Shown here: positions 11,952 to 25,225 of the stretch, one piece after another | Position numbering within the stretch: position 1 is the first letter of the stretch | How the letters are laid out: every line of letters begins with the position of its first letter | From: Octopus vulgaris | Lineage: Eukaryota | Length of the DNA: 64,000 bases | Direction: 5' to 3' | Assembly (NCBI GenBank): GCA_951406725.2 | Contig: OX597823.1 | Location: forward strand, 51,708,001-51,772,000 | Notes under the pieces: generated by a model | What the model was told of the DNA's origin: nothing | The model's input: only the letters and a program-made list of their open reading frames with translations | Databases searched by the model: none | Made by a program: the position numbers and the translations under genes

Positions 11952-12263
11952 AATATTTTATAATTATAAATGTAATCATAACAAGGGCTTGTCTTGTGCC
12001 TCACCACGCACTGAAAACTAGACGTCAAAAGGCACTATTGCCACCATAAATTCTCCGAGGAGATGTTTTGGGCCTGAAACACAATCATGTACACAGTTAA
12101 CCAAAGTTTGTAATTTAATTTCCTTCTTCTACTAGTCTATACGTAGTGTGTTTTTCTTGGAGAATTTATGGTGGTAATAGTGTCTTTTGACGTCTATTTT
12201 TCAGTGCATGCTGAGGCACAAGCCAAGCTCTTGTTATAATTATATATCTAATTATAAAATATT
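11952..12263. repeat. Imperfect inverted repeat (~110-bp arms, ~90-bp spacer)
   Basis: TTGTGCCTCA..GCACTGAAAACTAGACGTCAAAAGGCACTATTGCCACCATAAATTCTCC versus its reverse complement at 12152-12263. Confidence 0.85.
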
Positions 12264-12359
12264 TATATATGTTTATATATATATAAATATATATATATAA
12301 GTAAATATGTTTATATATATACATATATACATACGTATATATACATATATATATATGTT

Positions 12360-12392
<33 letters not shown>

Positions 12393-12418
12393 TCTACATT
12401 TATTTGCGGTGTCCTGTA

Positions 12419-12458
<40 letters not shown>

Positions 12459-12618
12459 TAGATGTAGGTATGTACATATATGTATGTATGCATATGTTTT
12501 ATTTATTAAATTGTTATATATATATATATACATATATACATATAAATATATAACTATATACACACACCCACATATATATATATATATACACATACATATA
12601 TACTCATTTATACATACA

Positions 12619-12669
<51 letters not shown>

Positions 12670-12907
12670 AAATATGTATATTTATTAAAATATATATACT
12701 AATATTTGTATAAGAGTGTTTGTGTCTGTGTGTATGTGTGTACAACATATTTAAACATGTTCAATCTTTTATCTTTTAATTTTCTTTGTATTTATAGATA
12801 TGCACATATATATAAATATATGAATATATTTGTTCTTTATACATATGTTTCTTGTAAGCCGAACTAGGGAAAAATATATTATGTCTATTTGTCTGGCCAT
12901 ATATCCC

Positions 12908-12938
<31 letters not shown>

Positions 12939-12970
12939 TCCTTCTTTCTAAATCTATCTATCTATCTATA

Positions 12971-13015
<45 letters not shown>

Positions 13016-13092
13016 GTCATTTCCTCTCTCTCTCTCTCCCTTTGTCTGTATATATGTGTGTGTATGTGTGTTTGTGTGTGTGAGTGAGTGAA

Positions 13093-13123
<31 letters not shown>

Positions 13124-13544
13124 GTGTGCAGTGCATAATTACACTTTAAAATGTGTTTAGATAATATTTTTTTTCACACACACCTGAAACAGAACAGACA
13201 CACATATACACATATGCATGCACATGTATACCTGTATGTGCTTTCAAGAACATATACATCCCTATGCATATATGTATATGTGTATATACATGCAGGTGAG
13301 ACAATATTGAATTCACACATGCTGTAGAGAATACTTGCAGCTCCTTCATGGCTGTTGCTACACTCTATTATGTAACAATTATTGGATTTCATTGAAATTT
13401 TCATTTATTAAAGCAAGGGAAATAATCACCTCACAGTAAATGCAAAATGTCAAACTGTAAATAGCCGCATGTGTACAAATATTCTATAAATATAATTTCT
13501 TGTCTTTCTCAGATATTTTTCTTTTATTTTTTATCGTTTTTCAT

Positions 13545-13827
13545 ATACTCATTTCAGTCGTTAGACTGTGGCCATGCTGGAGCACCAGCTTGGAGAATTT
13601 TTGAGTCTAATGAATTGGCCCCCACTACTCTTTTACTCTTATCAGTCATTTGACTGTGACCATGCTGGAGCACTGCCTTTAGTCGAACAAATCGACCCCA
13701 GGACTTATTATTTGTAAGCCTAGTACTTATTCTATTGAGGTCATTTGCCAAACCGCTAAGTTACAGGTATATAAACACACCAGCATCGGTTGTCAAGCGA
13801 TGGTGTGGGGACAAACACAGACCCCCA

Positions 13828-13863
<36 letters not shown>

Positions 13864-14240
13864 TATTCATGAGCTATTAGAATCTTATATATATATACCA
13901 TTCTGCCTAAAAAATTGATCTACAACTTCAATATCCCTACATATCCAACATCTATTTTCTTTCCTCTACCTCACTCTCTATTTTGTATCCTATCTAAATT
14001 AAATATTACTTAACCATCTTCTCACACCATCCCTGATGAAGGGATATAATTAATAAATATCCTGGAAACAGCTGTAAGACCTTCTATCTATAAATGTTCT
14101 AATATCTAAACAGCCTTGGATTTTTTATCTCATTACACAAAGAATTCTTATATATGTATATATATATATATATAAATATAAGGTGCCATGCAGTGGGACT
14201 GAACCCGGACCAATGTGGCTGGTAAGCAAGCTACTTACCA
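13545..14240 (-). mobile_element. Family B SINE(s) interrupted by a hammerhead-bearing PLE-like fragment
   Basis: B tail at 13545-13830, B head at 14181-14240, unrelated segment at ~13890-14150 between (TA)n tracts. Confidence 0.7.
14029..14080 (+). ncRNA. Minimal type I hammerhead ribozyme motif (stem I decayed)
   Basis: CTGATGA-AGGGATAT..ATATCCTG-GAAAC-AGCT-GTA, with palindromic stem III ACAGCTGT. Confidence 0.65.
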
Positions 14241-14439
14241 CACAGCCACTCCTGCACCTATATCAATCTTTTTTTTTTAAGCCTGGTACTTATTCTATCG
14301 GTCACTTTTTGCTGACCCATGTTATTGAGACATAAACTCACCAACACCAGTTGTCAAGTGGTGATGGGTGGGGAGCTAACACACACATGCATGCATGTAC
14401 ATACATTCTTTTATTTATTTATTCTTTTACTTGTTTCAG

Positions 14440-14555
14440 CTAGATCAGATTGGAGACTGGTGCAGCCATCTTATTTTGCCAGTCCTCAGTAAAACCGTCC
14501 AACCCATGATAGCATGGAAAGCAGACGTTAAACAATGATGATGAAGATGATGATG
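14440..14555 (+). mobile_element. Family C 3' fragment
   Basis: CCGTCCAACCCATGATAGCATGGAAAGCAGACGTTAAACAATGATGATG. Confidence 0.75.
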
Positions 14556-15344
14556 ACACTCTCACACACACACACTTACACATATATGTTTATGTGTACG
14601 TATATACACACAAACATAAACACACATTCATATACACATACATGTGCACAAACACATACAGTGTGTGTGGGTGTGTGTGTATGTAATTTTTGGAAACTGA
14701 GGAAGCTATGAGTTGATGCATAAGCATTCATCTCTTAGGGTACTGTATTTATAGTTGAAACAGATGTAAACTAATGAAGTTTATTGCATAATTTCATGTT
14801 CCTTTGGCATATATTTCATTTTATATTATGCATATATATATTTAAAATTAGAGTCCATAGAGTACAGATCAGAATGGAACAAATACTATACGGTACCCTA
14901 TCCAAAGCTCTAAAGAATCTTTAGATTTTCCACCCTCATCAATGTCAGCATGGCTTTTCATCTTTCAAAGGTTAATATAAAATACCAATTCCTGGATGTG
15001 GGACAGGCCTGATAAAGGAATAATCAACTTTCATTATGGTATCTGTTCCAAGAATTTGTATTCTGATAGCAACACCTACGTTAACACTGATGCCAAGCTG
15101 TATAGCCTCAGGTGAGTGGCTTTTCTCTTAGATAAGCATTTGTGGGTATGGAGAAGGGGTACTTAAATACATGGGAATTTGCTGGCCTTTCTCAAAACTA
15201 AAATCATGCCCAGACTTAAACATATCTCTGCATGGCATGGTCAACATTCCCTAATGGAGTCTCAGACATATAATGCATACATAAGTTAATGATGACGATG
15301 ATAAATACACACACACAAACATATATATATATATATATATATAA

Positions 15345-15560
15345 TATTCTTTTATTTGTTTCAGTCATTTGACAGCAGCCATGCTGGAGCACCACCTTTA
15401 GTGAAACATATCAACCCCAGGACTTATTCTTTGTAAGCCTAGTACTTATTCTATCAGTCTCTTTTGCCGAACTACTAAGTTACAGGGATGTAATCACACA
15501 AACATCAGTTGTCACGCGATCGTGGTGGGGTCAGACGTACAAACATATAGACACACATAC

Positions 15561-15600
<40 letters not shown>

Positions 15601-15747
15601 GATGGGCTTCTTTCAGTTTCCTTCCTCCAAATCCGCTTTGGTCAGTCGGAGGCTATAGCAGAAGACAATTGTCCAAGGTGCCATGCAATGTGACTGAATC
15701 TGGAGCCATGTGGTTGGTAAGCAAGCTACTTACCCCACAGCCACTGC

Positions 15748-15750
<3 letters not shown>
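15345..15750 (-). mobile_element. SINE family B, full length
   Basis: Tail, internal (TA)n and head all present; a plus-strand B head follows at ~15955-16082. Confidence 0.85.
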
Positions 15751-15789
<39 letters not shown>

Positions 15790-16081
15790 AATATCATCTG
15801 GGCTACTGGGTTATAACCATATAATATGCCTTTCAAAGTGCCTCTATAATTATTGGCTACTACATGCTATCATACTGCAGGAAAAATACTTTTACTGAAT
15901 ATACATGGGGGAATCCATTGGTGTATGTAGAATTCATGCAAAATATGTAAACCATAGGTATGACTGTGAAGTAAGAAGCTTGCATCCAACTACATCGTTC
16001 CAGGTTCAATTCCACTGCATGGCACCTTGGGCAAGCGTCTCATGCTGACCAAAGCCTTGTGAGTATATTTAGTAGACGGAA

Positions 16082-16441
16082 ATGTATATATGTATATATA
16101 TATATATATGTATATATATATGTATACATATATATATATATATGTGTGTATATATATGTATATATATATATACATGTATATATATATGTATATATATGTA
16201 TGCGTATTTATATATATACATATATATATACATATGTATATATATATATATACATATATATACATATGTATATATATATGTATGTATATATATATGTATA
16301 GATGCATATATATATATACATATATATACATGTATATGTATATGTATATATATGTATGCATATTTATATATATACATATATGTATACATATGTATATATA
16401 TATACATATATATATACATATGTATATATATATATATATAC

Positions 16442-16534
<93 letters not shown>

Positions 16535-16544
16535 TATACATATA
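16082..16544. repeat. Compound (TA)n/TATG/TACA microsatellite
   Basis: Direct reading; source of the Y/I-rich spurious ORFs. Confidence 0.95.
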
Positions 16545-17168
16545 TAAAACCGGTGTATGCAAATTATTAAAATATATCTAACGTATCACTCATTAAAATA
16601 TTACAAAATATTAAAAATTTATAGATTCATAAATATATAAAAAAAAATATAATAACGAGTAGAATAAATATACTGATGTATAAAAATATATTAGCATCTT
16701 AAAAGGTATATATTGAAGATATCGTCCTGCTTACAGATTTAGGGCATTATTAAAAAGATATTAAAAAATATATTAAAACATATATTAAAAATATTCAAGA
16801 GTTAAGTCGGAGTATCACCACTTAATTACTGGAATTGGAGTACCGCCATCTAATCATTGGAAACTTTACCATCAATCTGGATATTTAAATGTTCCTTTAT
16901 TCACCTTTCTGGGAGGATTTACACTTTTATTTTTTAAATTTCTTTATATCATTTTTCAACACTCTTAATCTGTAAGTAGGATGATGTCGTCAGTATTTAC
17001 CTTTTAAGATGGTAATATATTTTTACACATCAGTATAGTTTTTTCTACCCATATATGTCTTTTATATTGTTACATATTTATGTATCTGTAAATTTTGAAC
17101 ATTTTTTAATATTCTTATGAGCGTTATATTAAATAATATATTTCAATAATTCGCATACACTGGTTTTA
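16545..17168. repeat. Imperfect inverted repeat (~200-bp arms, ~225-bp spacer)
   Basis: TAAAACCGGTGTATGCAAATTATT..ATACTGATGT..CATCTTAAAAGGTA..CTTACAGATT (16545-16740) mirrored at 16966-17168. Confidence 0.8.
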
Positions 17169-17302
17169 TGGCTGAGTATAAATATATTATATATGCATGC
17201 ATGTATATATATATATATATGTACATGTATTAAATAGCTCATACACCTAATATACATACATATGTATGTATATATATATAATATAAATAATATATATATA
17301 TA

Positions 17303-17645
17303 CGAGCAATACGTCCCCCGTCCAATGGAAGTTGCTGAGTTGTCAAACATTTAGACCAAATTTTCTCAAAACAACTTGTCCGACCTTCCCATAGGCCTCT
17401 CCTTTGAGAAACACTGATTTAACCTAAATTTGAGACACCAGCAAAAGAAGAAATAAAGATAGACTTTTTTCTATTCCAAAGAATGTTTTATTGATCGCAT
17501 TCTCACCTGGAATCAATTTTTGTAATTATATACGTCTTGATACCATCGGTACCTACATATCAAATTTGAGCGCAATCGGGTGGAGTATGCCCAAGATCCT
17601 AGAAGACACACAGACAGACAAACAGAATGGATTTTATATAATAGA
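17303..17645 (-). mobile_element. Non-autonomous Helitron-like element
   Basis: Minus strand starts A|TCTATTATATAAAATCC followed by (GTCT)n, and ends with a GC-rich hairpin remnant and CTCG|T (decayed CTAG|T). Confidence 0.6.
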
Positions 17646-17655
17646 TATGCATATA

Positions 17656-19085
17656 TGTTAGTTAGTTAATTTTTTGGCTCAAAAAGCAAAAAGCAAGAAC
17701 ATGTAGGGGGACATGGAGTTATGTACAGGGTGGTGTTCATGTAAAGAGTTCAGGCCACTTGAGGCCAAAGGAGACTTTGAACAAAGCAGTCGTCGGCATC
17801 TTCACCATGTCGTCTGGCAGCTTGTTCCACGGATCCGCAACCCAGACGGAGAAAGCCCCTCTCCTTCGATTGAGATGAAATCGTCGCAGATAGAACTTTT
17901 CGGAATGATCCCGCAGCTGACGCTCTGGAGCAGGAGTGAAGAACAGCTCTTTCGAGAGGTTACACTTTCTGCTTATGATGTTGTGAGCAAGAATGAGATC
18001 ACCACGGCGGCGGCGTTTTTCTAGAGAATAAGGTCGAGCGTTTTTCAGCCTTTCTTCATAAGACAAATTCTTGAGACCATGAACCATGCAGGTAGCCAGC
18101 TTCTGGACTCTTTCGAGATGCTGTATGTGTTTGAGGAGATAAGGAGAAGAGGCTTGAATCCTGTACTCCAGTATGGGTCTCACCAGCGTGACATAGAGTG
18201 GTAGGAATATGGCTGCTGTGAGCATTCCGAATGACCGTCGAATCAAGAACAGAATTCCGCGTGCTTTGTTGGCAGTATGGATGCACTGGGCCGAAGGCGA
18301 AAAGGAGGAATCCATCAAGATACCCAGGTCCTTTACCTGATCGGTCCTCTCCAGCAGCAGACGACCGGCTCGAAATCAAGTTGAGTTGCAGGAGGAGAGC
18401 CAACAGGCAGATGACAGCACTTTGACACGTTCAGACACAGGTCCCATTCGTTAGACCACCTCCAAATTTGGTGGAGGCATCGACGAAGATCCTCTATATC
18501 ACCGCGAGGAGCGACCAGTTTGACATCGTCGGCAAATAGAAGGGTGTGTTGCGCGAGGTCGTCGGACAAGTCATTTACGAAGACTAAGAACAATAAGGGC
18601 CCAAGTACTGAACCTTGAGGCACGCCACTGCTCGCACTGGAGACATCGGACCGTGAACCATTAACTTGGACTTGGAAGGAGCGATCTGAGATGCTTTCGA
18701 ACATCTTGCTGATTATTGATGTAAGGGAAACTGGTCGGTAGTTAAGTGGGTCTTCGCGGCTCCCTTTCTTGAAAATTGGGCAGATTATCGCTGTTCTCCA
18801 GTCTGCAGGTATAACACCTGTCGCCAATGACATATTGAATAGACGTGTTAAGGGCTTGCAGATGACCGGAGCCAACACTTTGATAACCCATGGGTGTATG
18901 CTGTCAGGGCCGTGACCCTTGTTGACATCGAGGCCTTGGATAACGCGTTTGACTTCATCCCGCGTGATAACCAATCGAAGCATTGGAGGTACCGATCTAT
19001 CAAATGGAGGGGGTTCACGACCATCATCTTGTTTGAAAATAGTTGAAAAAGCCTCAGCAAATAATTGACTCTGTTGATAAGGGTA
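17656..19085 (-). mobile_element. CR1-clade LINE, 5'-truncated, decayed reverse transcriptase
   Basis: ORFs 18333-19271 (KGHGPD, PIFKKG, NYRPVSLTS, GVPQGSVLGPLLF, LFADDVKL) and 17737-18318 (LVRPILEY, LERVQKLAT, YEERLK, SLEKRRRRGDLI); (TAAC)n 3' tail at ~17657-17668. Confidence 0.92.
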
Positions 19086-19587
19086 CACACACACATATAT
19101 ATATATATGCATTTGTGGGCACAGGATGTCATGCATGCTCATATATTCACACACACATATATACAAACATAAGAATATTTTGTAAGACTCCTTTCTAATT
19201 CCTGGCAGAGATTGAATCATCTCAACCTCCATATTTTTACTACCTATAAACATGTCAATCCACAAAACCACTGAGATAGCTCATCTACATTTTGATCTGG
19301 CCAGAATAGGGTTGAATCCATCTTTACTAGAATAGGCATGATCTTAGAAAATGGGACAGGCAGAATGAAATATCAAGAGAGAGAGAGAGAAAGAGAGAGA
19401 GAGAAAGAGTGACTGAGGAGGATAGACTCCAGTACTAGAATGAAATTCTGTTGATCACTGCCAAAAAGTGAAAAGTCATACTCAAACTAGATATTAAATC
19501 TAAAACTATTAAGCGATTGTATAAATATTGAATAAATATCCCACTCTTCCTAGAAGTTGTATCTTTATATATATATATGTATATATG

Positions 19588-19625
<38 letters not shown>

Positions 19626-19639
19626 CACGCACACATATA

Positions 19640-19910
19640 TACAGGCGATTTATCTATTTACTTTTTATTATTGCCCACCAGGCAATAAATACATGTATGC
19701 ATGTGACCACGTGTGTAACGTTGGCGATTTTTTTTCCTCCATCTTCCCTTCTTTGGATCTTACCTTTTCCTATGTTTCTGAAGAAGAGCTCCGCTCGAAA
19801 CGTTAAACCCTCCTTCTTTCCTTCTTTCCTGAGCATCCAATAATACTATATTTGTTCCACGTCCCCGCGTCGTTGTGTTTTCTCTTTGTGTTTTCATGTT
19901 TGGATTAACT
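19640..19910 (+). mobile_element. PLE-type terminal repeat fragment with hammerhead motif
   Basis: Homologous to ~41870-42097; flanked by (TA)n. Confidence 0.65.
19774..19808 (+). ncRNA. Minimal type I hammerhead ribozyme
   Basis: GTTT-CTGAAGA-A-GAGC-TCC-GCTC-GAAAC-GTT-AAAC: intact core, stem I GTTT/AAAC, stem II GAGC/GCTC. Confidence 0.8.
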
Positions 19911-20115
19911 ATATATATATACACACACACATTCACAGATGTAAATATATGTTTAATGGAATAGAATATCTTGAAGGACACACATGAAGCTGAAGACAAT
20001 AGCATCAAAATCCCTTTCAGATAGAAAAAGTCAAATGAGCAGCCTTCAAGAAATACTATCCAAAACAATTATTTCACATTCTCTTGAAAGTTTATAAAAT
20101 CCTTATGACATCACC

Positions 20116-20166
<51 letters not shown>

Positions 20167-20282
20167 TGCATGTATGTATGTATGTATGTATGCATGTATG
20201 TATGCATGTATGTATGCATGTATGTATGCATGATGCATGTATATAGTAGTCACAGCAGCAGTAGCAGCAGCACAAGTAGTAT

Positions 20283-20314
<32 letters not shown>

Positions 20315-20633
20315 ATGTGGTGGTATTCTATGATTTTATTTTTGCTTGCCATTGGAACTGTTGTTCTTTAGGCTTTTTGTCTTGTTGTTTATATCTACAA
20401 AGATGTGTTTGTGCTTAATTTAATTCAACACCTTCATAATTATTGATATTGTAATCATTTTTATTTCTTTTGCCATACTGAATTATACAAAGAATTCTTT
20501 TAAATGGATTATTTGTTTATGAGAGCTGTTTTTCTATTTATTCAAATGAAAACAAGTATGTTAGTGTTTATATTGTTAATTACATATCTACATTGTTGTT
20601 GTCATAATCATTATAATTATAGTTATTGCTACA

Positions 20634-20710
<77 letters not shown>

Positions 20711-20715
20711 CATTG

Positions 20716-21659
20716 AGGTGGTGGACTGGCAGAATTGTTACTGTGCCAAGCAAAATGTTTATCGGTATTTCATCTGTCTTTACTTTCTGAGTTCAAATTT
20801 GACTTACATTTTTTAAGGTCAAGTGCTGGGGTTGATATTGACTTATCTCCTACCCCAAAATTGTTGGCTTTGTTCCAAAATTTGAAACCATGATCATTAT
20901 TTTTATTATCATTGTGTAAGGCAGCAAGCTGGCTGAAAATTTAGCACACCGGACGAAATGCTTAGCAGTATTTTGTCTGCCGTTACGTTCTGAGTTCAAA
21001 TTCCGCCGAGGTCGACTTTGCCTTTCATCTTTTCGAGGTCAATTAAATAAGTACCAGTTACGCACTGGGGTCGATGTAATCGACTTAATCCATTTGTCTG
21101 TCCTTGTTAGTCCACTCTATGTTTAGCCCCTTGTGGGTAGTAAAGAAATAGGTATTTCGTCTGCCGCTATGTTCTGAATTCAAATTCCGCCGAGGTCGAC
21201 TTTGCCTTTCATTCTTTCGGGGTCGATAAATTAAGTACCAGTTACACACTGGGATCGATATAATCGACTTAATCTGTTTGTCTGTCTTTGTTTGTCCCCT
21301 CTGTGTGTAGCCCCTAGTGGGCAGTAAAGAAATAGGTATTTCGTCTGCCTCTATGTTCTGATTTCCAATTCCACCGAGGTTGACTTTGCCTTTAATCCCT
21401 CTGGGGTTGATAAATTAAGTACCAGCTGAGTAATGGGTTGATGTAATTGACTTGCCCCTTCCCCAAAATGGCTGCCCTTGTGGCAAAATTTGAAATTGTT
21501 ATGTTCTAATTTCAAATTCTGTCGAGGTCAGCTTTGCCTTTCAACCTTTCAGAGTCAATAAATTAAGTACTAGTGAAACACTGGGGTTGATGTAATCAAC
21601 TAGTCCCTTCTCCAGTATTTCAAACCTAGTGCCTTTAGTAGAAAGGATTATTATTATTA

Positions 21660-21691
<32 letters not shown>

Positions 21692-21747
21692 TTTTATTTT
21701 TATTATTATTATTTTTATTATTATTATTATTTTTATTATTATTAATA

Positions 21748-21796
<49 letters not shown>

Positions 21797-21810
21797 TATT
21801 ATTATTATTA

Positions 21811-21861
<51 letters not shown>

Positions 21862-21870
21862 TTATTATTA

Positions 21871-21921
<51 letters not shown>

Positions 21922-21958
21922 TTATTTTTATTATTATTATTATTTTTATTATTATTAA

Positions 21959-22012
<54 letters not shown>

Positions 22013-22411
22013 TTAGGCACAAGCTGGTTGTATTGTTTGATTCTGAGTTCAAATCTCTACAAGGTTGACTTTGCCTTTTATTCTTTCAGTTTCAATAAAA
22101 TAAGTACCAGCTGAGAGCACTGGGACTGATATAATCAACTCACCCCCCTCCCAAAATTTCAGGCCTTGTACTCATATCAGAAAGGATTATTATGTATAGG
22201 GTGACTTGCTGGCAGAATCATTAGCATGCTGTACAAATCTTGGCTGCATTTCACCTGTCTGTATGTTCTGAGTTCAATTTCTGCCAAGGTTGGCTTTGCC
22301 TTTAGTCTTTTCAGGGTCAATAAAATGTGTACTAGTTCTGCATTGGGAACTGATGTAATGAACTTATCCCCTCCACCAAAAACATTAGGCCTCGTGCCTA
22401 TAGTAGAAAGG

Positions 22412-22412
<1 letters not shown>
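20716..22412 (+). mobile_element. Cluster of same-orientation family A SINEs and repeated 3' modules among (TTA)n tracts
   Basis: Copies start at ~20716, ~20920, ~22012 and ~22200, with body modules repeated at ~21151, ~21334 and ~21500; long (TTA)n at 21648-22010. Confidence 0.85.
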
Positions 22413-22473
<61 letters not shown>

Positions 22474-22492
22474 CATCTTTAATATATGGAGT

Positions 22493-22907
22493 TACTCTCT
22501 CTTTCTCTTTTACTTGTTTCAGTCATTTGACCGTGGCCATGCTGGAGCACTGCCTTTAGTCAAGCAAATCGACCCTAGGACTTATTCTTTGTAAGCCTAG
22601 TACATATTCTATCGATCTCTTTTGCCGAACCGCTAAGTTACAGAAACGTAAATTCACCAGCGATGTTGGTGGGACAAACACAGACAAACAAACATATACA
22701 CACACACACGCACACACACACACATATATATATACATATATACGATAGGCTTCTTTCAGTTTCCGTCTACCAAATCCACTCACAAGGCATTGGTCGGCCC
22801 GAAGCTAGAGTAGAAGACACTTGCACAAGGTGTCATGCAGTGGGACTGAACCCAGAACCATGTGGTTCATAAGCAAGCTACTTACCACACAGTCACTCCT
22901 ACACCTA
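22493..22907 (-). mobile_element. SINE family B, full length
   Basis: CTTTTACTTGTTTCAGTCATTTGACCGTGGCCATGCTGGAGCAC..CTTACCACACAGTCACTCCT. Confidence 0.88.
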
Positions 22908-23164
22908 TAGTTAGTTATTTTCATTATAATAATAATTATTATCATTGGATCACTTGAAGTAATTTCACTAAATTTTCTTCCTCAAATTTTCCACACTGAT
23001 GTAAATATGTGTGCTGATAGCAAAAAACCAAATTCGTCTTTTTGCTAGGAATTAAAAAAACAAAAACAAAAATATAAATGTGATTTTCATCATCAGCATA
23101 CAAAACTATATCAGTGTAGAAAATTTGAAATAGTTCAAGTGGTCAGAAGAAATTTAACAAGGTC

Positions 23165-23167
23165 CTT

Positions 23168-23232
<65 letters not shown>

Positions 23233-23360
23233 CATTGTTATTATTATTGCTGTTGTTATTGTCACTTTATTTTTATTATTGTTATTAATTTTATTATTAT
23301 TATTTTATTATCATTATTATTTTTATTATTGTTGTTGTTGTTGTTGTTATCATTTTGATT

Positions 23361-23416
<56 letters not shown>

Positions 23417-23435
23417 TATCATCATCATTACTATT
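23165..23435. repeat. (TTA)n/(GTT)n/(ATC)n compound microsatellite
   Basis: Direct reading. Confidence 0.9.
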
Positions 23436-24975
23436 ACTACCTATAATTTTCAGCGCTGCAGGTTTGAAAATGCTGGATTAGAAATTCTTGAAAATAGCTG
23501 CTTGCTATGTTGCCTGATGGCGGTGTTTGTCGAAGATGGACAGTGGCCAGTCACTTGGATGACATGGCCAAAATATGGCTGCCACCATAAGCAGACTAGT
23601 ATCACAGTAGCAAATCACAAATCTCTTTTTGCTGAAGGATGACATGGTGTTGGTGATGCTAATGCTAATGGTGGAAGTGGAGGCAGTGGTGATGGCGGTG
23701 GCGGTGACAGTGGCCGTGATGGCAGTGGTGGTGGTGGTGGTGGTAGTGGTTGAAATATGGAGGTGATGTGGTATGGCATAAAGACAGGAGATTGAGAGAA
23801 ATATGTGAAGGGCAAGCTATATCACTCTCACTCTCCTCTTCTGGCTATTGATTTTTATGTGGCTGAAATGTACTGGTCAGTTTTTCTTTCTCTCACAGAC
23901 TGAACTTACTACTTTGTCCAGCCACTCTGCATGCCACAGCCAAAGTTAGTGGCCACCACTACCATCCCTGCCCCCACCAAGCCTCCCCTCCACCTTCCCA
24001 AACCTCAACCCTATCTTTCTTCTTTCTCCTCTGCCTTCTACTACTCACCACCCAGTCACCCACCCACTACCATCACCATCACCACCACCACCACCACCAC
24101 CACCACCACCATCACCACCACCACCACCACCACTACCATATTACAACTGCTGCCCCAGCTCCACCGTTTTCCTCCACTTCCTCCTCTTCCTAGATTGCTG
24201 ACCAGTGTCCAGTGAGTACAAGGGAGAGATATCAACTCACTCCCACTTTCACCATTGGTCAACACTTGAAAGAAAATTTCCTGAAATATTTATGGCAACT
24301 CATACCCATTCACCCATACACATAAATACACACAGACACATTGACACACAAACACACATTCACACAGTCACACAGATGCACATACATAGATACGCACGCA
24401 CATTCACAAACATATACATACACATCCATACACTCTTACCCTATCTCTTTTAATTTCTTTCTCTCTCTCTCTCTCTCTCTCTCACTTTCTTAGTCTTTTA
24501 TTTGTGTCTGTCTGTCTCTCTCCCTCTCATTCTCTTACAACACATTCACATGCTTACATACATACATACATACATACATACTTACATACATACATACATA
24601 CATAAAAACATAATCATTTCGATGCTGACACTTTCTTATGCATAAACAGACTCACACATATTAAGTATGTGCATACATATATACTTACATATATATATGC
24701 ATATATATATACATATATATATGTGTGTGTGTATGTGTGTGTCTGTGTATGTATATACACAAAACCATTCATACATGTACACATATACATACATACACAT
24801 GCACACTTTAGCATGCACAAATGAATAATTTTATGCAGATATGTCTGGATACATACACACACACACATACATATATATACGCATAAATGTCTACAAATAC
24901 ATGCATTCACTTGCATATTTATGTGCATACTTGTGAAGACATGCAGGCATATACATGTTAATCATGTGCACTGTA

Positions 24976-25037
<62 letters not shown>

Positions 25038-25086
25038 GTATATATATATTACTTTACATATATATATACACAAGTATAATATATTC

Positions 25087-25129
<43 letters not shown>

Positions 25130-25189
25130 CCTGTGTGTGTGTATATGTATATATATATATATATGCACACATATATCTATACCGCTAAC

Positions 25190-25225
<36 letters not shown>

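Noticed and set aside
23615-24265. Pro/Thr-rich extensin- or mucin-like ORFs
   Set aside because: Derived from (GGT)n/(ACC)n repeats; no splice or domain support.
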